From: Haliotis rufescens | Lineage: Eukaryota | Direction: 5' to 3' | Length of the DNA stretch: 64,000 bases | Assembly (NCBI RefSeq): GCF_023055435.1 | Contig: NW_025963924.1 | Location: 124,001-188,000, forward strand | Program-made: the position numbers and the translations under genes | Shown: positions 38,623 through 51,687 of the stretch, piece after piece | How the letters are laid out: each line of letters starts with the position of its first letter | Numbering within the stretch: the stretch's first letter is position 1 | Notes under the pieces: model-generated | What the model was told of the DNA's origin: nothing | What the model saw: only the letters and a program-made list of their open reading frames with translations | Databases searched by the model: none

Positions 38623-41600
38623 CAGCCCTTATTATAATGATATAACCCTAATTTAAGCAAGTCTAGATTTTTTTTCTCAGGTTCAGGATCTCACTGGAAC
38701 TCCTTTTAAAGGGACTTGTTGTGTCTATTATTTATATATTTTGAGAGACTAAGCGTTAGTCTAAACATCACACGACGAGACTATTTTGAAATGACCGTAT
38801 GTCCTGATAAACGATTGTCACTGAAAACAAATCGTGTTTCTTCGCACATTTCAATGGATCCTGTACTGGTGCATGATGTAGGTGCTGATGTTTTGGCGAC
38901 AAGGAGCATACCAGGCAGGCTTCGTGTGATCCAGGGAGTCATCTGTGTCTTGGTATGAGCAGCACGAAATTAGGCGTCACTTTTGGTGTGCCGGGGGTTA
39001 ATTAACCATTACACTAAGAATGCTAAAGCTTATCGCATTGTTTAGCATAACGTTTCCTTTCTTCGACGCCACTATGTTTATTACTGTATTCTGTACCTAT
39101 AAATTTCTTCAGTTCGGAGGAAATCATTTGAAAGACTGAACTTGAGAAGGAAAAGAAAATGTATGTAGCCTTTGTTACAAGCTAAATATGCAGCCAAACG
39201 CTTGCGAAAAACAATCTCTCGGCGTTTACAGTGTGTAGTGTTTTGCTTACAGCTGCACCTCATCTGTTGTGGAAGCTGTGCAGCATATGCAGTGTGTGCA
39301 GTGTGGTGCATGTAGATAGTCAAGTGAACGTGCACAGCGACGTCAGCTGCCGGTGACGATGGGGATATAATGACAATATTGAACATCGGTTGGTTAAACA
39401 CGTATGGAAACACCTGGTCGTGAGATGGGGAAGTTTGTACAGAGATTCAATAGGTTCTGTAGCCGATGGCGTGCCGCTTCCATGGGTTAATGATCATGTC
39501 AGACGATGAAACTTTTTGACGTACGTGCTGGTCTCAGCAATTAATTGTGATAAAAAAACATCTCCTGGTGATGATGTGGGATATGTGTTTCAGTCATCGC
39601 TTTGAAAGTAGAAACCCACAAAACCAACTTACACTTTTACACCCAGCAGGTCCAATGAACTAAGTTTGTTTGTGAAATTGTGAAATATCAAATGGTTGCC
39701 CCAAGAACCTACATGTTACCGGTGGAAATATTCTGTCACGGTTTTAGACTAGGTCAAAGGAAACGTGTTCATCTAAAACACGAGAATATTGATGTGTAAA
39801 CCTCTATAACTCGAAGTCCTCGGCTCCATCAAAACTGTATCGACTTATCCGTAGTTCTAGTCGATGACCATACCTCAGTGACAACTGGGATCTGTGGGAC
39901 CATAATGTTACATCGTCTTAAACGATATGTCGAGTCAACAGTTCGTGATAATCACTTCAGATTCACAAATGATCCAACCATGATTTTAATGGACCATAGA
40001 TAATGCACAGACATACACTATCTCTTCAGTTGAAAAGGTTAGTTTGGTAGACAAGAAATGTAAACACAACGTTGGCAGTCATGAAAAATACTGAATAAGG
40101 AGAATATGGACCCCAACCCATGTTAGTTGAAACATTCGAAAGATATTCAGACCCTTGTTTACAATATACTCCTCCAAGTAATACCATACCCAGTGTTCAA
40201 ATAAACTTTTTTATTAAACGCACGGGACGCAGTTCGTTAAAATTCATATGTTTATTTTTGATAAACGATACCCAACACCCAACATGTTTTGGTGCACCCT
40301 AATTTGGTTATCGGGGAATAGGAAAAACTCGGGGACACTCGGTTCATACACTACAAATAAGCTCTCGATCTATCATCGATTTTGCAACATTCCTCTCGAC
40401 ACAGCAGCGCAGTTTCATCCATATCCCCATACTTTTACCGCTCCATCATCCTAAATGTATTTTATAGTTGATCTTATCGGGGTACGTAGCAATTAATGTC
40501 CTTAAGCGTAAAAGTCCAAAATGGTAGAAAAATGTATCTGAGAGCATCTTCATCAGCCCAGTGACTCACGACCTCCTGCTGCTGATGGAGGCAACATACC
40601 ATGAAAGTACTCTAGCCGTTTTTGTTCTGCTTGAGGGTGTTCATCTGAACGATGATACGATGTGTTGAAAATAGCCTCTTTTTCTCTCAGACCTTTGCAA
40701 CATTCATTATGCCCTGGTAATAGATGAGGCCAAAAAATAGGATGAGATTCAGCAACTATCGTGGCATCCTTCCATCGTCACATAATTCAGCAAACCTCTA
40801 CGTAATGCTAAAGAATATGCGTTTTTTAAAGTATTATTTTAATACTTTTTCGATCTTAGACGTTTTATCATATGTTTTTGTGACTGGCCTCAACTGGTAA
40901 GAACATTCTAACACAATGGGATACGTCTGTATGCATTGCTACGTAGGCTTGTTGGCTGTATAACTGACTATTGCATTCTTCACAATTAACGCTAATCTGC
41001 TAGCCCGAGAAGTTGCGCTGAGGTAAAAATTCCTTTGCGCTATAATTCTGAACCAGTTCTCAAAGTTTCGATATTGCTAATAATTGGAACTGAATAAAAT
41101 TGAAAGAAAACGTAAACATTGTTGAACATTTCGTCTACTTCAAATCGAGTTGTCCAACTATATTTGCATGTACGAATTATCTAACGGCCATCGAGATACC
41201 ATTTGTTTATGAAACATAGACGCCGTGAAGGAGAGCTTATTAACTGAGTGTCAGTTCCCGTATCTCAAATATCATATATCAGGAATCAAAATTGTATTGT
41301 GCGAACGTTTTGCTTGATAATCATATAGTGCAATGAATATGATGACGAAAAACGTGAAACCAGAGAGATGAAATCATTCGTCAAACCTCGGCCATTTCCG
41401 TAACGCAGATTGTGACCACAAGCGGTCACGTATACCAGGCCACGTGCCAGACAGGCCACTCAGCACGTGCGCCTAATTAGCAACTGATGGATTAGTCTAC
41501 ATGATGGCTAATGTGCCCGAACTGGAGGTTCACACGTCGAGCTGTCACTGCAGAATTCTCCATGTCTGGGGAGGGTCGCACATGCCACATGCCAAGACCA

Positions 41601-41872
41601 CGAACAAATTTCGAAACCTGAGAAAATGTTAAAGTTTAAAATTGGTGTGACACGACGTCGATTTGCGACATGCTTTGAACCAAATTATCCACTCAAGAGG
41701 AACTGATAGCTCATAGGCATCAACACAATCCAAGAAGTGGGGTATACCACTGCTAGTCTCGCCTTGAAATTTGACATCGGTGAATAAATAAACTCTGTGG
41801 AAGTTCTTTGTATTATCAAAAGGGCGCCATGATTTATGTGTTCTCTGAAGAACGTGGTTCTTGATAGAAGTA

Positions 41873-42047
41873 CAATAAACTACGGTTATAACGAACTCAA
41901 AGGGACCAATATTTTTTGTTCGTGACATCCGTAGTTCGTTATAAGCATTACAACTAAAGGTTATCGCAAATGGCCGGGACCAAAAACAGCAGTTCGTTAT
42001 ATCCGTCAATTCATTATAAGCGTGTTAGTTATAAACGTAGTTTACTT
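41873..42047. mobile_element. pogo/Tigger-like (Tc1/mariner) MITE
   Basis: TA-flanked imperfect TIRs caataaactacggttataac / gttataaacgtagtttactt; internal ttcgttata repeats. Confidence 0.7.
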
Positions 42048-42887
42048 TAAATCATTTTTTTACAAAATCGAAACTCCACCAAGAAATCATATGTATTATG
42101 TTTGGCCTAGTATGTCATACAGACCCCGAAACAAATACATGTATATCCAATACAGTCCATTCAAGTCTATAATATTTGGCAAGTCCAGATTACTGCAGTA
42201 TCTGAAAAATGAAGAAAGTCTCTTGGCTCCTTTTGTTATACTGTAATATAACAACTGTTTTTTCCGTAAAATATGTTCATTTCAGAGACTAGATGTTAGT
42301 CTATGTTTGGCCAAACTACTATATGTGGTATACAACTGCAACAAGTTTTAAAGCTATTCAACCAATCATATGCCAGAACATTTAAACTGCAAACATTGCA
42401 ACAGTTACAAATAGAAGCTGCTACAAAATTCTGTCAACATTTTCTGAACAATATTAACAAAATCAGTCAAAGACTGAATTATCTTGTTCGTCCCTCCGTT
42501 GTCGCGTGGTAGGAATTTCTAATTTATCCCTGATTGACATCACTTACACAAATCTATTTTCAGAGGTTTGAGCCAGATTATATATAATTACAGCGACATC
42601 TGATGACATAGATCTTCCAATGTGGTCACATCACATAGAGGCAGCACAAGCAATGTGCCACATATTTCATAATCAGTGAACCATCCAATGTAATTCATGT
42701 CATACACCAGAGTTGATCCTAAAGAATGGAGGCGACGTATCAAGTGCGATGTCAAAATCGGACAAACACGTCTGTTTTCTTGACCTACTCACTGATATTG
42801 ATAACTGTTAAGGGTCTTACATTCACGATATAATTAGAATTTAACCTCCAACCCCTCTTTGTAACAGTAATATACAGTACTACATTG

Positions 42888-43104
42888 TACCCGTGAACAT
42901 CCGGGGTAGAGTAGGTCTTCAGCAACCCATGTTTGCTGTAAACGGCGAGTATGCTAACAAGCAAGAGGCGACTAACGGGATCGGGTGGTCAGACTCGCTG
43001 ATGCACATGACATCAATCACTTTATTTTCTGGTCCAGACTCGATTATGTACAGACCGCCGTCATATATAGCTGGAATATTGTCGAGTGCGGCATTAAACA
43101 ACAA
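42888..43104 (+). mobile_element. Family-1 short retroposon, full length
   Basis: 12-bp TSD agtactacattg at 42876-42887 and 43105-43116. Confidence 0.9.
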
Positions 43105-43269
43105 AGTACTACATTGATTCGCCTTGTATTAAACGCACACTTTATCCTTCATGAAAACTGTACCCATTGGAACCCGAGTGCAGGTTCGGGATCCGTCATC
43201 ATCATACGTGTATGTTACTTCCGGTAGGACGAACGCCATGGTGTGATACTGGACACGGCATTGTGAAAT

Positions 43270-43520
43270 GTTTGTTTGTTGTTTTACACCACACACAGCA
43301 ACATTCCACTTATATGACGGCGACCTGTAAATAATTGAGTCTTAACCAGACACTCCAGTGATTGACATCATGAGCATCGATCCACGCAATTGGGATACCA
43401 TGACATGCATCAACCAAGAGCCTGACCACCCGATCCCGTTAGTCCCCTTTACGACAATCATTGTCACCTTTTACGGCAAGCATGGGCTGCTGAAGACCTA
43501 TTCTAACCCGGATGTTGACG
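43270..43520 (-). mobile_element. Family-1 short retroposon
   Basis: Reverse-complement copy, tail-to-tail with 42888-43104. Confidence 0.85.
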
Positions 43521-46005
43521 AACCGCTTAATGAAATTATCAGTACTTCACTGTGATAGTCCCCAAGGTGAGCCAAGGTAAGTTAGAGCTAACGTATGACC
43601 TCCATTACACTGCCTGAATCCTAGAATGGTTCGTCATCGAGAAAATATTGCATATCTTTCTACGCGAAACTTGTGTTTGTTTGGTTTGGTTTTTTTTGTT
43701 AGGGGTGGGGGTGGGGGATCGGTAGTTTCTATTCGGTACTCGTGTATGAACTCATCGTCTTGTTGCTTGACCTCACAACTATTTAATATCAATCCGCGCC
43801 TATTCCGATGACGTGCGATGTTTACGCCTCAAAGCCACAGGAATCCTTACGCCAGTCTCGTCACTAGCCAAATAACCACCGAGTGTTTTGGCAATAATAC
43901 CCCACTTAGAACAAACACGTCGTGTTTACCATCGTTTCTCTAACTAATGTCGAATGGAGACAGCATCTGGTATAACAGTCACTCCACGCCGCACCTACAG
44001 GAATCGGTAGAAGTTAGGCGTTGTAATGCGCACCTGAAGCATAATTTGTCAGACACGGGGAGAACATGACCTTACTGCACGGCCAAGACTGCTTGCCATT
44101 GCCAGGAACTGAATTCAAGCCACAAAATATTCTTCACGACATAGCTGGAATCGTGGCACGTAGATGAGCAGTTTGCATGAACTGAGTTTAAATGAGCAAA
44201 CACTGAATCACGAAGCTTGGTCCAAAGCTGCGCTTGAAAAATTAGTTCTGTTCGGAAGCTAAAAGTTTGTCGGTCTCGTTAATGTTGACATGTGTTGATG
44301 TTTTCTATCTTGCAGATCCCCCAGTGTGATACCCGTCAGAGAAAATATTTATCAGCAAGGAAATTAGTTCCGTCCTCCGCAGCACAGCGGGGGCGGTGAA
44401 CATTAAACGGCCTTTGTGTGTATGTACAAAACTTGTATGGTCAGACCACAGTGGTCAGAACTACTGACCCCGGTGTCCTGACATGCCTCCAGCGGCCAGC
44501 GAGTCTCACGATGGTGTCGGGTTTAAAGCAGTTAGGGCTATGCTATTGCTCTGATTAGCCCCCATTGAGCATTCAGTCTGTATATAGTTCTTCAGATGAG
44601 TTCTGGAGGTGCCACATTTCTGTTCATTGTGAATATATGTGATGAAGATATAAAGATAAAATACTGTTCTTTTATTATATACAAATAATTTTGAACGTCT
44701 GTTTACTTGAATTGACATTGTTAGTTTTATGATACAAGTCAATATTTAAAGATTTGCAAAACGAAACAATAGAAGTCACATGTTTACAGAATAATGGTTC
44801 TGAAAGTGATGTTTTAGATACCGTCTGACATACGTTTTACATTACGTTTCAATATTTCGCAAACTTGAGTTTTGATCCAACTTTTTTTCTGGTACTTTGT
44901 TTTGTTAATAGTAATTATCGTGATCAATTATGACAATATTCAAGACAGTCCATTGACGCATCGAAAGAGTCGCTCTTTTCTATCTACAAAAAGCACAACA
45001 TTTGACACCAAAAATATTAAATAATTGCAAATATTAAGTCGGAACATACACCCATCCATTTTGGTGAAAGTCAATTGTCCGTCTTTTCTACCAAACCGAG
45101 TACTTTTCGGGCAAGTCATCCAATGGACTTCACAAAGCGCCCAATCACACAGCTGCAGTCCAGTGAAATCTTTCAATCACCAACCTGATATGTGATCTAA
45201 ATGTACACACCCTGGTTCCAACCCCAAGGGACTTTGAGGAAGTCTACATACAGACATCACAAGCACCGCTTCGTGCAGTTCGTGCACTATCAGGCAATGC
45301 GATACGGTGACCATATCGTATGTCGAAATTAGTGACCTTGTGACCTTGACCCCACACCAGATTGTCATTTCCCGCCATTACTCGTGGTGTAGAGTGTCAG
45401 TTGACTGCGCACGGATGCCCGGTAAAGTATTTACACTACACGACACCACTCAATCTTTTCTTGGCGACCCAAAGCCTTCATGGTTATCTTCTACCGTGTG
45501 TTCCATACTGTTATATAGACGTATAGTGGTAGGATCTGATAGTTCCGGGATAAAATGTGAGTGACTCACCGTCGCTAGTACACAGTAGGTTGTATGCTAC
45601 ATGAAAAACTATCAATGCTGCAGTTTCTTACAACCCATAAACAAGTGTCTATGATTAAATTAACAGGCGCGTGACTTCTCAATAGGAAATACTTCCTACA
45701 CGATATGGAAATGACTGAAAACAAAGCATTAACATACTGAAATATCCTAAGATTAGGATTCACCGAACTAAAGTTCCGTATAACTTCTAGTACCAGTACT
45801 TCAATAAATGGACCTCGACTCTCTTTAAAAAAAGATGGAGCGGAGATAGGGATGAGAATGTTGTGGGGGGGGGGGGGGGGGGGGGGGGGGGGTATATATA
45901 TATATTATATGTTATTCAAGAGAGACAATTAAAGTACCTTTGGGAATTGGAGACACCGTTCTCTGATTTGTGTCATGTTTGCCCATATTTTTCATATGAA
46001 AATAC

Positions 46006-46116
46006 AAATAGTCGCGTTACAACAATATAAATAGTCGCGTTACAACAATATAAATAGTCGCGTTACAACAATATAAATAGTCGCGTTACAACAATATAAA
46101 TAGTCGCGTTACAACA
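46006..46116. repeat. Perfect 23-bp VNTR (aaatagtcgcgttacaacaatat) x~4.8
   Basis: Identical units at 46006, 46029, 46052, 46075 and 46098 (partial). Confidence 0.93.
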
Positions 46117-46689
46117 TGTCCAATGACAATACATTGCCTTACTTAAGAATACGGTTATGAAAATATCCGTTAATCACTCTCATTTCCAGGGTTGTAACAC
46201 ATGACAGATTATCATAACAGGAAGTATGGCCAACTGTTGATGAATAACATCCAGGTCACATGCTGGTGATTGGGAAGATCGCTGTGCATGCAGCAAGTTA
46301 TTCACGGAGACTTAATGCGGGCGGTTATGATGACTCCAAAATACTGGATGTAAATGTCAAATCTAACAATAATTACAGCTGCATATATAGGACACACTTA
46401 TACTGACAAGATGGCTGACTGGTCTCTCATTAAGACCTACTGTTTGCCCTGCATCTGTTGTCAGTTGTAAGATAAGCGCGATGCCGACAGCACCCCCACA
46501 GTAAAACAACCGTCGAAACAGGTGCCGTGTGTTGCCAACACTAGTCCATAGCGCGATTCGTGATTTGGGAGGGAAGATCGCACAAGAGAAGTGCCCCCTT
46601 CAAAAGGCATGTAAATTAGTTGTATTTTGTTATTTCTACATTATACAAGTCGGTAATGAGTATAATGACAGTCTATTAAGTTTACTTAC

Positions 46690-46734
46690 ATGGGGATTGC
46701 CTGGTAACTCCATCAAGCCATGGTGCTCGGCCAT
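46690..46734 (-). CDS. Candidate first coding exon of the testin/LMCD1/Prickle-family gene (MAEHHGLMELPGNPH)
   Basis: Minus strand reads agtATGG (good Kozak context), then 15 codons, then CAT|gtaagt (consensus donor). Phase 0 matches the phase-0 start of exon 30107. Lies in a CpG-rich region directly downstream of Inr/CRE motifs. The linkage to the other exons is inferred. Confidence 0.55.
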
Positions 46735-46965
46735 ACTCTTGTACTGTCTCTCAACACTTTAAGTACCTCCTTATCGTCAAAGCGTTGCCCTGACCTTAGG
46801 GCGGTTCCAGTCCGTGTATGGTTCCTCACACTGTCCGACCGTCCCCCGGGCTTGCTCCAAGTGACAGAAAAGCAGAGTACAGACTGACAGAGTTCCCACG
46901 GCTGACTACTCCCTACACCGCTCCTAACGCCAGCAGACGCCAACACTCGCCGATGACGTCATGGC
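46735..46965 (-). promoter_or_regulatory. Putative promoter/5' UTR of the PET-LIM gene: Inr-like TCAGTC (46882-46887) and palindromic CRE TGACGTCA (46954-46961)
   Basis: Motifs are seen directly. CpG-rich context; CRE about 70 bp upstream of the Inr-like site. Function inferred. Confidence 0.4.
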
Positions 46966-48595
46966 GCGCGATGGGGTTACGAGGTTTTCACGTTCAACTC
47001 TGAAACGAAGTTTTGTAATTATAGCGCTATTGATGGGTTTCGCATATGCTCCGGGTTACCCTTGGCGTGAAGAGGGTTCCGCTAAACATGAGACACAGGT
47101 ATATATATATATGAATGATAGTCGGAGAAAGGGTATTGTTATTACCAACCATGAGTTAAATGGTTTTGAATGATTTGTTTATGTACTCGTGCAGTGTTTT
47201 GTAGAACGCCGCAACAAATAATGCACGATTTGGGCTCTGTTTTTCAGTTTTCAGCCCTAACCGAGGATATATATTTGAAATGTTTGTTGAGTTGTAGTAA
47301 AGATGGCTGTATGTTGTTTAGCCGTTTTATAATCAGTTACAAAGTGGAAAACACTAATGAATATTACCTTCGTGTTGTTGTGTGGTATAGGTGATTGAAA
47401 TGGAATTTTTATGGAAAATCTCAACGGCGTATTTAATTTATGCATATATCCATCTAAATGTGAATGGTTACCAATACCATGCATTTAGTATGCTGATAGT
47501 TTATAGTGAACACCTAATTATCTTCTCAGTCAATAATTATGTGAGAATTCAATAATTCAAGTTCAATTAATAAGTGCAAACAATTAATTACTGTTTTCTA
47601 TAACCACCGCCGAGTAACCTTTGGCATTATTACCATTACATGGATCTATTAACTGGCGTACTGTCATTCCTAACTGGTGTTAACGTATAATTTGCTGATA
47701 ATGATGTCATAGTCTTCCAGTGTGTGTGTGTTTGTTTTTGTGTTTGCAAAAGATATTCATCTTAAAGAATTTAGCCACGGTTTTATAGAAATATATAACT
47801 TATGTTCCATGACCTCATAAAAACATATAGCTACAAACGTGTGTGAACAAAGCACATCGGTAACCCATCTATTCTAGCAGTATTTATTTCATTTATTTTT
47901 TATCCCGGCGTAGCTTTGAAAAGTTTGTCATAATATCTTCCAAAATATGTGCATGGTATGTGTTCACGCTCTTCGCTAGAACAATTATGTCAAAATATAT
48001 ACACTATCAGAGAAAGGTTATTTTTGATCGACCATGGTAAGGTCACATATGTGGAAGGGGGAACTTCTGATCGGATGCCGGGCCGTATTTATTGACTCAC
48101 AACGCACAGAACCCACGGGGAGGAAGCTTATTTTTTCTGGCTGGAAGCTTGAGACGAGTTCTAGAGCAGCCAGACTCTCGGATCCGAGCTCTTCTGAGGA
48201 GAATTCCGGGTGCAACAATTAAGTTCTACTCGAATGAATGATAGGATCATTTTATCTACACCGCCACAATAACAAACCCGATTGTGTAAAAACACGGTGG
48301 GATATTATTAGAGGACGTATATGATCTGGGGGCGGAGCGGTACTTCACTGCTCCTGCACGTGGGGGGAAGGGAAGGTCTGCCTTGCAGGGTGTCGGAGTC
48401 GGGGCCTTTCATACTATTCTGGCCTTATGCGCAGGTGATCGACATGGAATAGAGCAAATGTTATTTAGGACTAGAATAGAAGCAGGAACAGTAAAAGATA
48501 CGTTTATGTAGAATGCAATGGCCGTTAGCTATATATTTTTTGTGTTTTATACATACTATACAAGTACGGACCTAGCGTGATGCGGGCGGGTTATT

Positions 48596-48818
48596 ACCCG
48601 TGAAGATCAGGGTTAGAATTGATCTTCATCAACCCATTCCTGTCTTACGAGGCGTAAGTGGTCTGGCTAGCTGACTTGGTTGATCCATGTCATCGTATCC
48701 CAATTGCGTAGATCGATGCTCATGATGTCAATCACTTGATTGTCTGGTCCATACTCGGTTTTTTACAGACATACACATGGAATAATGCTGAGTGTGGCAT
48801 CAAACAATAAACACACAA
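48596..48818 (+). mobile_element. Family-1 short retroposon (single-hairpin subtype)
   Basis: acccgtgaagatcagggttagaattgatcttc... through to the caaacaataaac tail. Confidence 0.85.
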
Positions 48819-49457
48819 CCTTGTCAACGACCATTTATCAGGGATAGTCCAGGGTCTCAATTACATATAAGTCTGACATTTAATTACACCTGACGCAAGG
48901 GGACGTTCTGCGACCGCAGAAGTTGTTGAGTAACTTGACCATGACAACATTTTGACAACGCGGCACTTGTTTTGGTTCCATTGACAGTGGTCATCCTTGA
49001 ACCGTTGGTGATATTGGGTAGCTCTGAAGAATAGTAAGGGGTCGAAAAGGTCCTGGACTGATTGTACACCGTAGGTTCCCATCAGATCGGTTATTGTGAA
49101 GTAGCTGATGGTATGGCAGCGTCGATATGCGAGAGATCACCAACTTTCAGCACTTTTGAAATAGGCTTCATACGGCATCCATGTCTAATGGCCCAGTTCA
49201 GATGACCATAGGCGTTCAGCATTAACAGTTCCAAGTCGTTACGGACTGAAGTTTTGACAACTAGGTTATTATTGGTAAAATACTAGATTTACTCACGTGA
49301 CCGGATAAATAGTTTGTACATACGTTTGGCATCTACGTAAGTGCACGTGCAGTATTCAGTGCTGAACATTCTCTATTGGGCCTCGGTATGCACAGAAGAG
49401 CAATGTGGAGGTACCACATTTATACCACTCGCCACCACTCGCCCCTTTCCGTAACGT

Positions 49458-49733
49458 ACCCGTGAAGATTCCGGGATAGAATAGGTCTTCAGCAACCCAT
49501 GCTTGCCGTAAAAGGTGACTATGCTTGTCGTAAAAGGCGACTAACGGGATCGGGTGGTCAGGCTCGCTGACTTGGTTGATGCATGTCATCGATCCCAATT
49601 GCGTGGATCGATGCTCATGATACTAATCACTGGATTGTTCGTCCAGACTCGATTATTTACAGACCGCCGTCATATAGCTGGAATATTGCTGAGTTCGGCG
49701 TTAAACAACAAACAAAGAAACAAAATAAACAAA
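49458..49733 (+). mobile_element. Family-1 short retroposon, full length
   Basis: Near-consensus; degenerate 14-bp TSD cctttc[c/a]gta[a/g]c[g/a]t. Confidence 0.9.
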
Positions 49734-51414
49734 CCTTTCAGTAGCATGTAAGAAGACTCGTCCCTCGTTGATGAATGTTATGTACGAAAATATTACAAAC
49801 CAATCAGAAAGCTCGTATGACTTCAAGTACTTCGGTCAAAGAATCCCTTTGGAATATTTTTATTATTATTTTAAATATGTCTTGCATCTAAAAGTGAAGC
49901 CAAGATAGTTAAATGTATTCAATCATACTGTATGATAACGTAAGTCCCGATGTGTTTTAAATAATATCATCTGGAATATAATGATATATGGGGAAATATA
50001 CGTGAATCATTACGCAACGACTTGTCAATTCTTAAAGCTATGCTCGTTTGCGCTAAGACGGAACCCAGTCGCAAAATTGTCCACGAGTGAGGCACGAGTC
50101 AATTTTTGGCTTGTCCCGGAATAACACGAGTTGATCACGAATGACGTTTATACGCCGACAGCACGGATGTGGTACTGAAAAAAAAAATACAGAATAAAAT
50201 TATAGGACAAATGTGGGAATCGAACACACGAACATAACAAGACTCAAGGGGACGCAGTTCAGTACCGCGCATCACAATACCTTTGATGACTGCCCACATC
50301 ACACACACGCACACACAGAAACACACACGTGGGAGGATGAGCCAAAGGGAAAAAACGTTGGAAAAATAAACTTGTTAAACTCCCGTGAAATGTAAATCTT
50401 AAAACGATAAATGACAAATGACGTTTGGCCTTCCGTTTTTCTTTGCCAATTACCGTTTTACCTAAAAACTAGAATTTGACAAACGAAAAAAACGTTTCTT
50501 CACTGGAAAAAAAACGTAACTTACTCATCTACATTTTTATTTATAGGACTGTTTATGTGTTGTTGTTTTTCTTCCGTCGTAAATAATGACATAAAAAAAG
50601 GGAACAAAAGAGGCGAATATACTGCAAGACGGTACACCAGCTGTCTGACACGGGTGCGGAGACGCTCTACAGAAACTGGGGACTATGCTAGTTATGTCTC
50701 CGCACAGATGGCATCTCATTAGCGAGGCTACCAAGTGTCGATTGCCGCACAGAAACTAATTGCAGACAATCAAATTGTGCGTGGAAAATATAGTACATTC
50801 TGCGAGTTGCGAAGAAATGAAGACAAATAGGCGACATAGATCTAGGGAATTACTTCCGACAAATCTATTTGCACCTACCACTTTAAGGTCAGGAGTCGAG
50901 CAGCCTTTGTAGAAGAGCGTCCTTCAGTCGGGCGTGGCCCTGAGGGGTCAGGAGAACAGTCGGATCTGTTTTCAATAAAGAGCTTTTTATGAATGGTTGT
51001 ACGCTTATATTAAATCATGAGTACATGGCTGGGTTTGAAAGAAAATAAACTTTATCCTCGTTTGATGCAAAATGCCCAATTGTTTAACTGTATGCTGTTT
51101 ATATTTCCTGCACTGTACACCCCTCCTGTCGTGACTGATATGTTCCTTGATAAGATTCCGGATTCCGACACGGAAATCACTTGTAACAATGTTCATGTGT
51201 TGTGTTTCATTGTCGACCTCTTCGACCGTTGTTGAGATTACATAGCCCCCTGTCATAATATTTGCAATAGAGTATATATTGTTTGGATCCGTGTCCCTTC
51301 TTAACTCGCTAATGAGTGGTATCCTTTCTGAAACAATATTCCATTCTCGGGGACCAATATTTGTCTTATCTAGTGAGATTTACCCATTCGCCCTTTTTAC
51401 AATGGTCAACGTGA

Positions 51415-51590
51415 TTGTTTCTTTGTTTGTTTGTTGTTTAACGCTGCACTCAGCTGCATGATGGCGGTCTTTAAATAATGGCGTCTCTACCAGACAATCC
51501 AGTGATTGACGTCATGAGCATCGATCTAAGCAATTCTCTGCGGAAGCATAGGTTGCTGAAGATCAATTCTAACCCGGATCTTCACGGGTC
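51415..51590 (-). mobile_element. Family-1 short retroposon with an internal deletion
   Basis: Ends ...ctaacccggatcttcacgggtc; (ttgt)n tail. Confidence 0.82.
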
Positions 51591-51687
51591 GCTGTTCGAC
51601 GTGGATCCATGAAGAATGTGGGTAAATGTTTTTTTATGAAGCAGTCATTCGGCTTGTAAATATGCAAGTCTGTTCCATACAGTCGCT

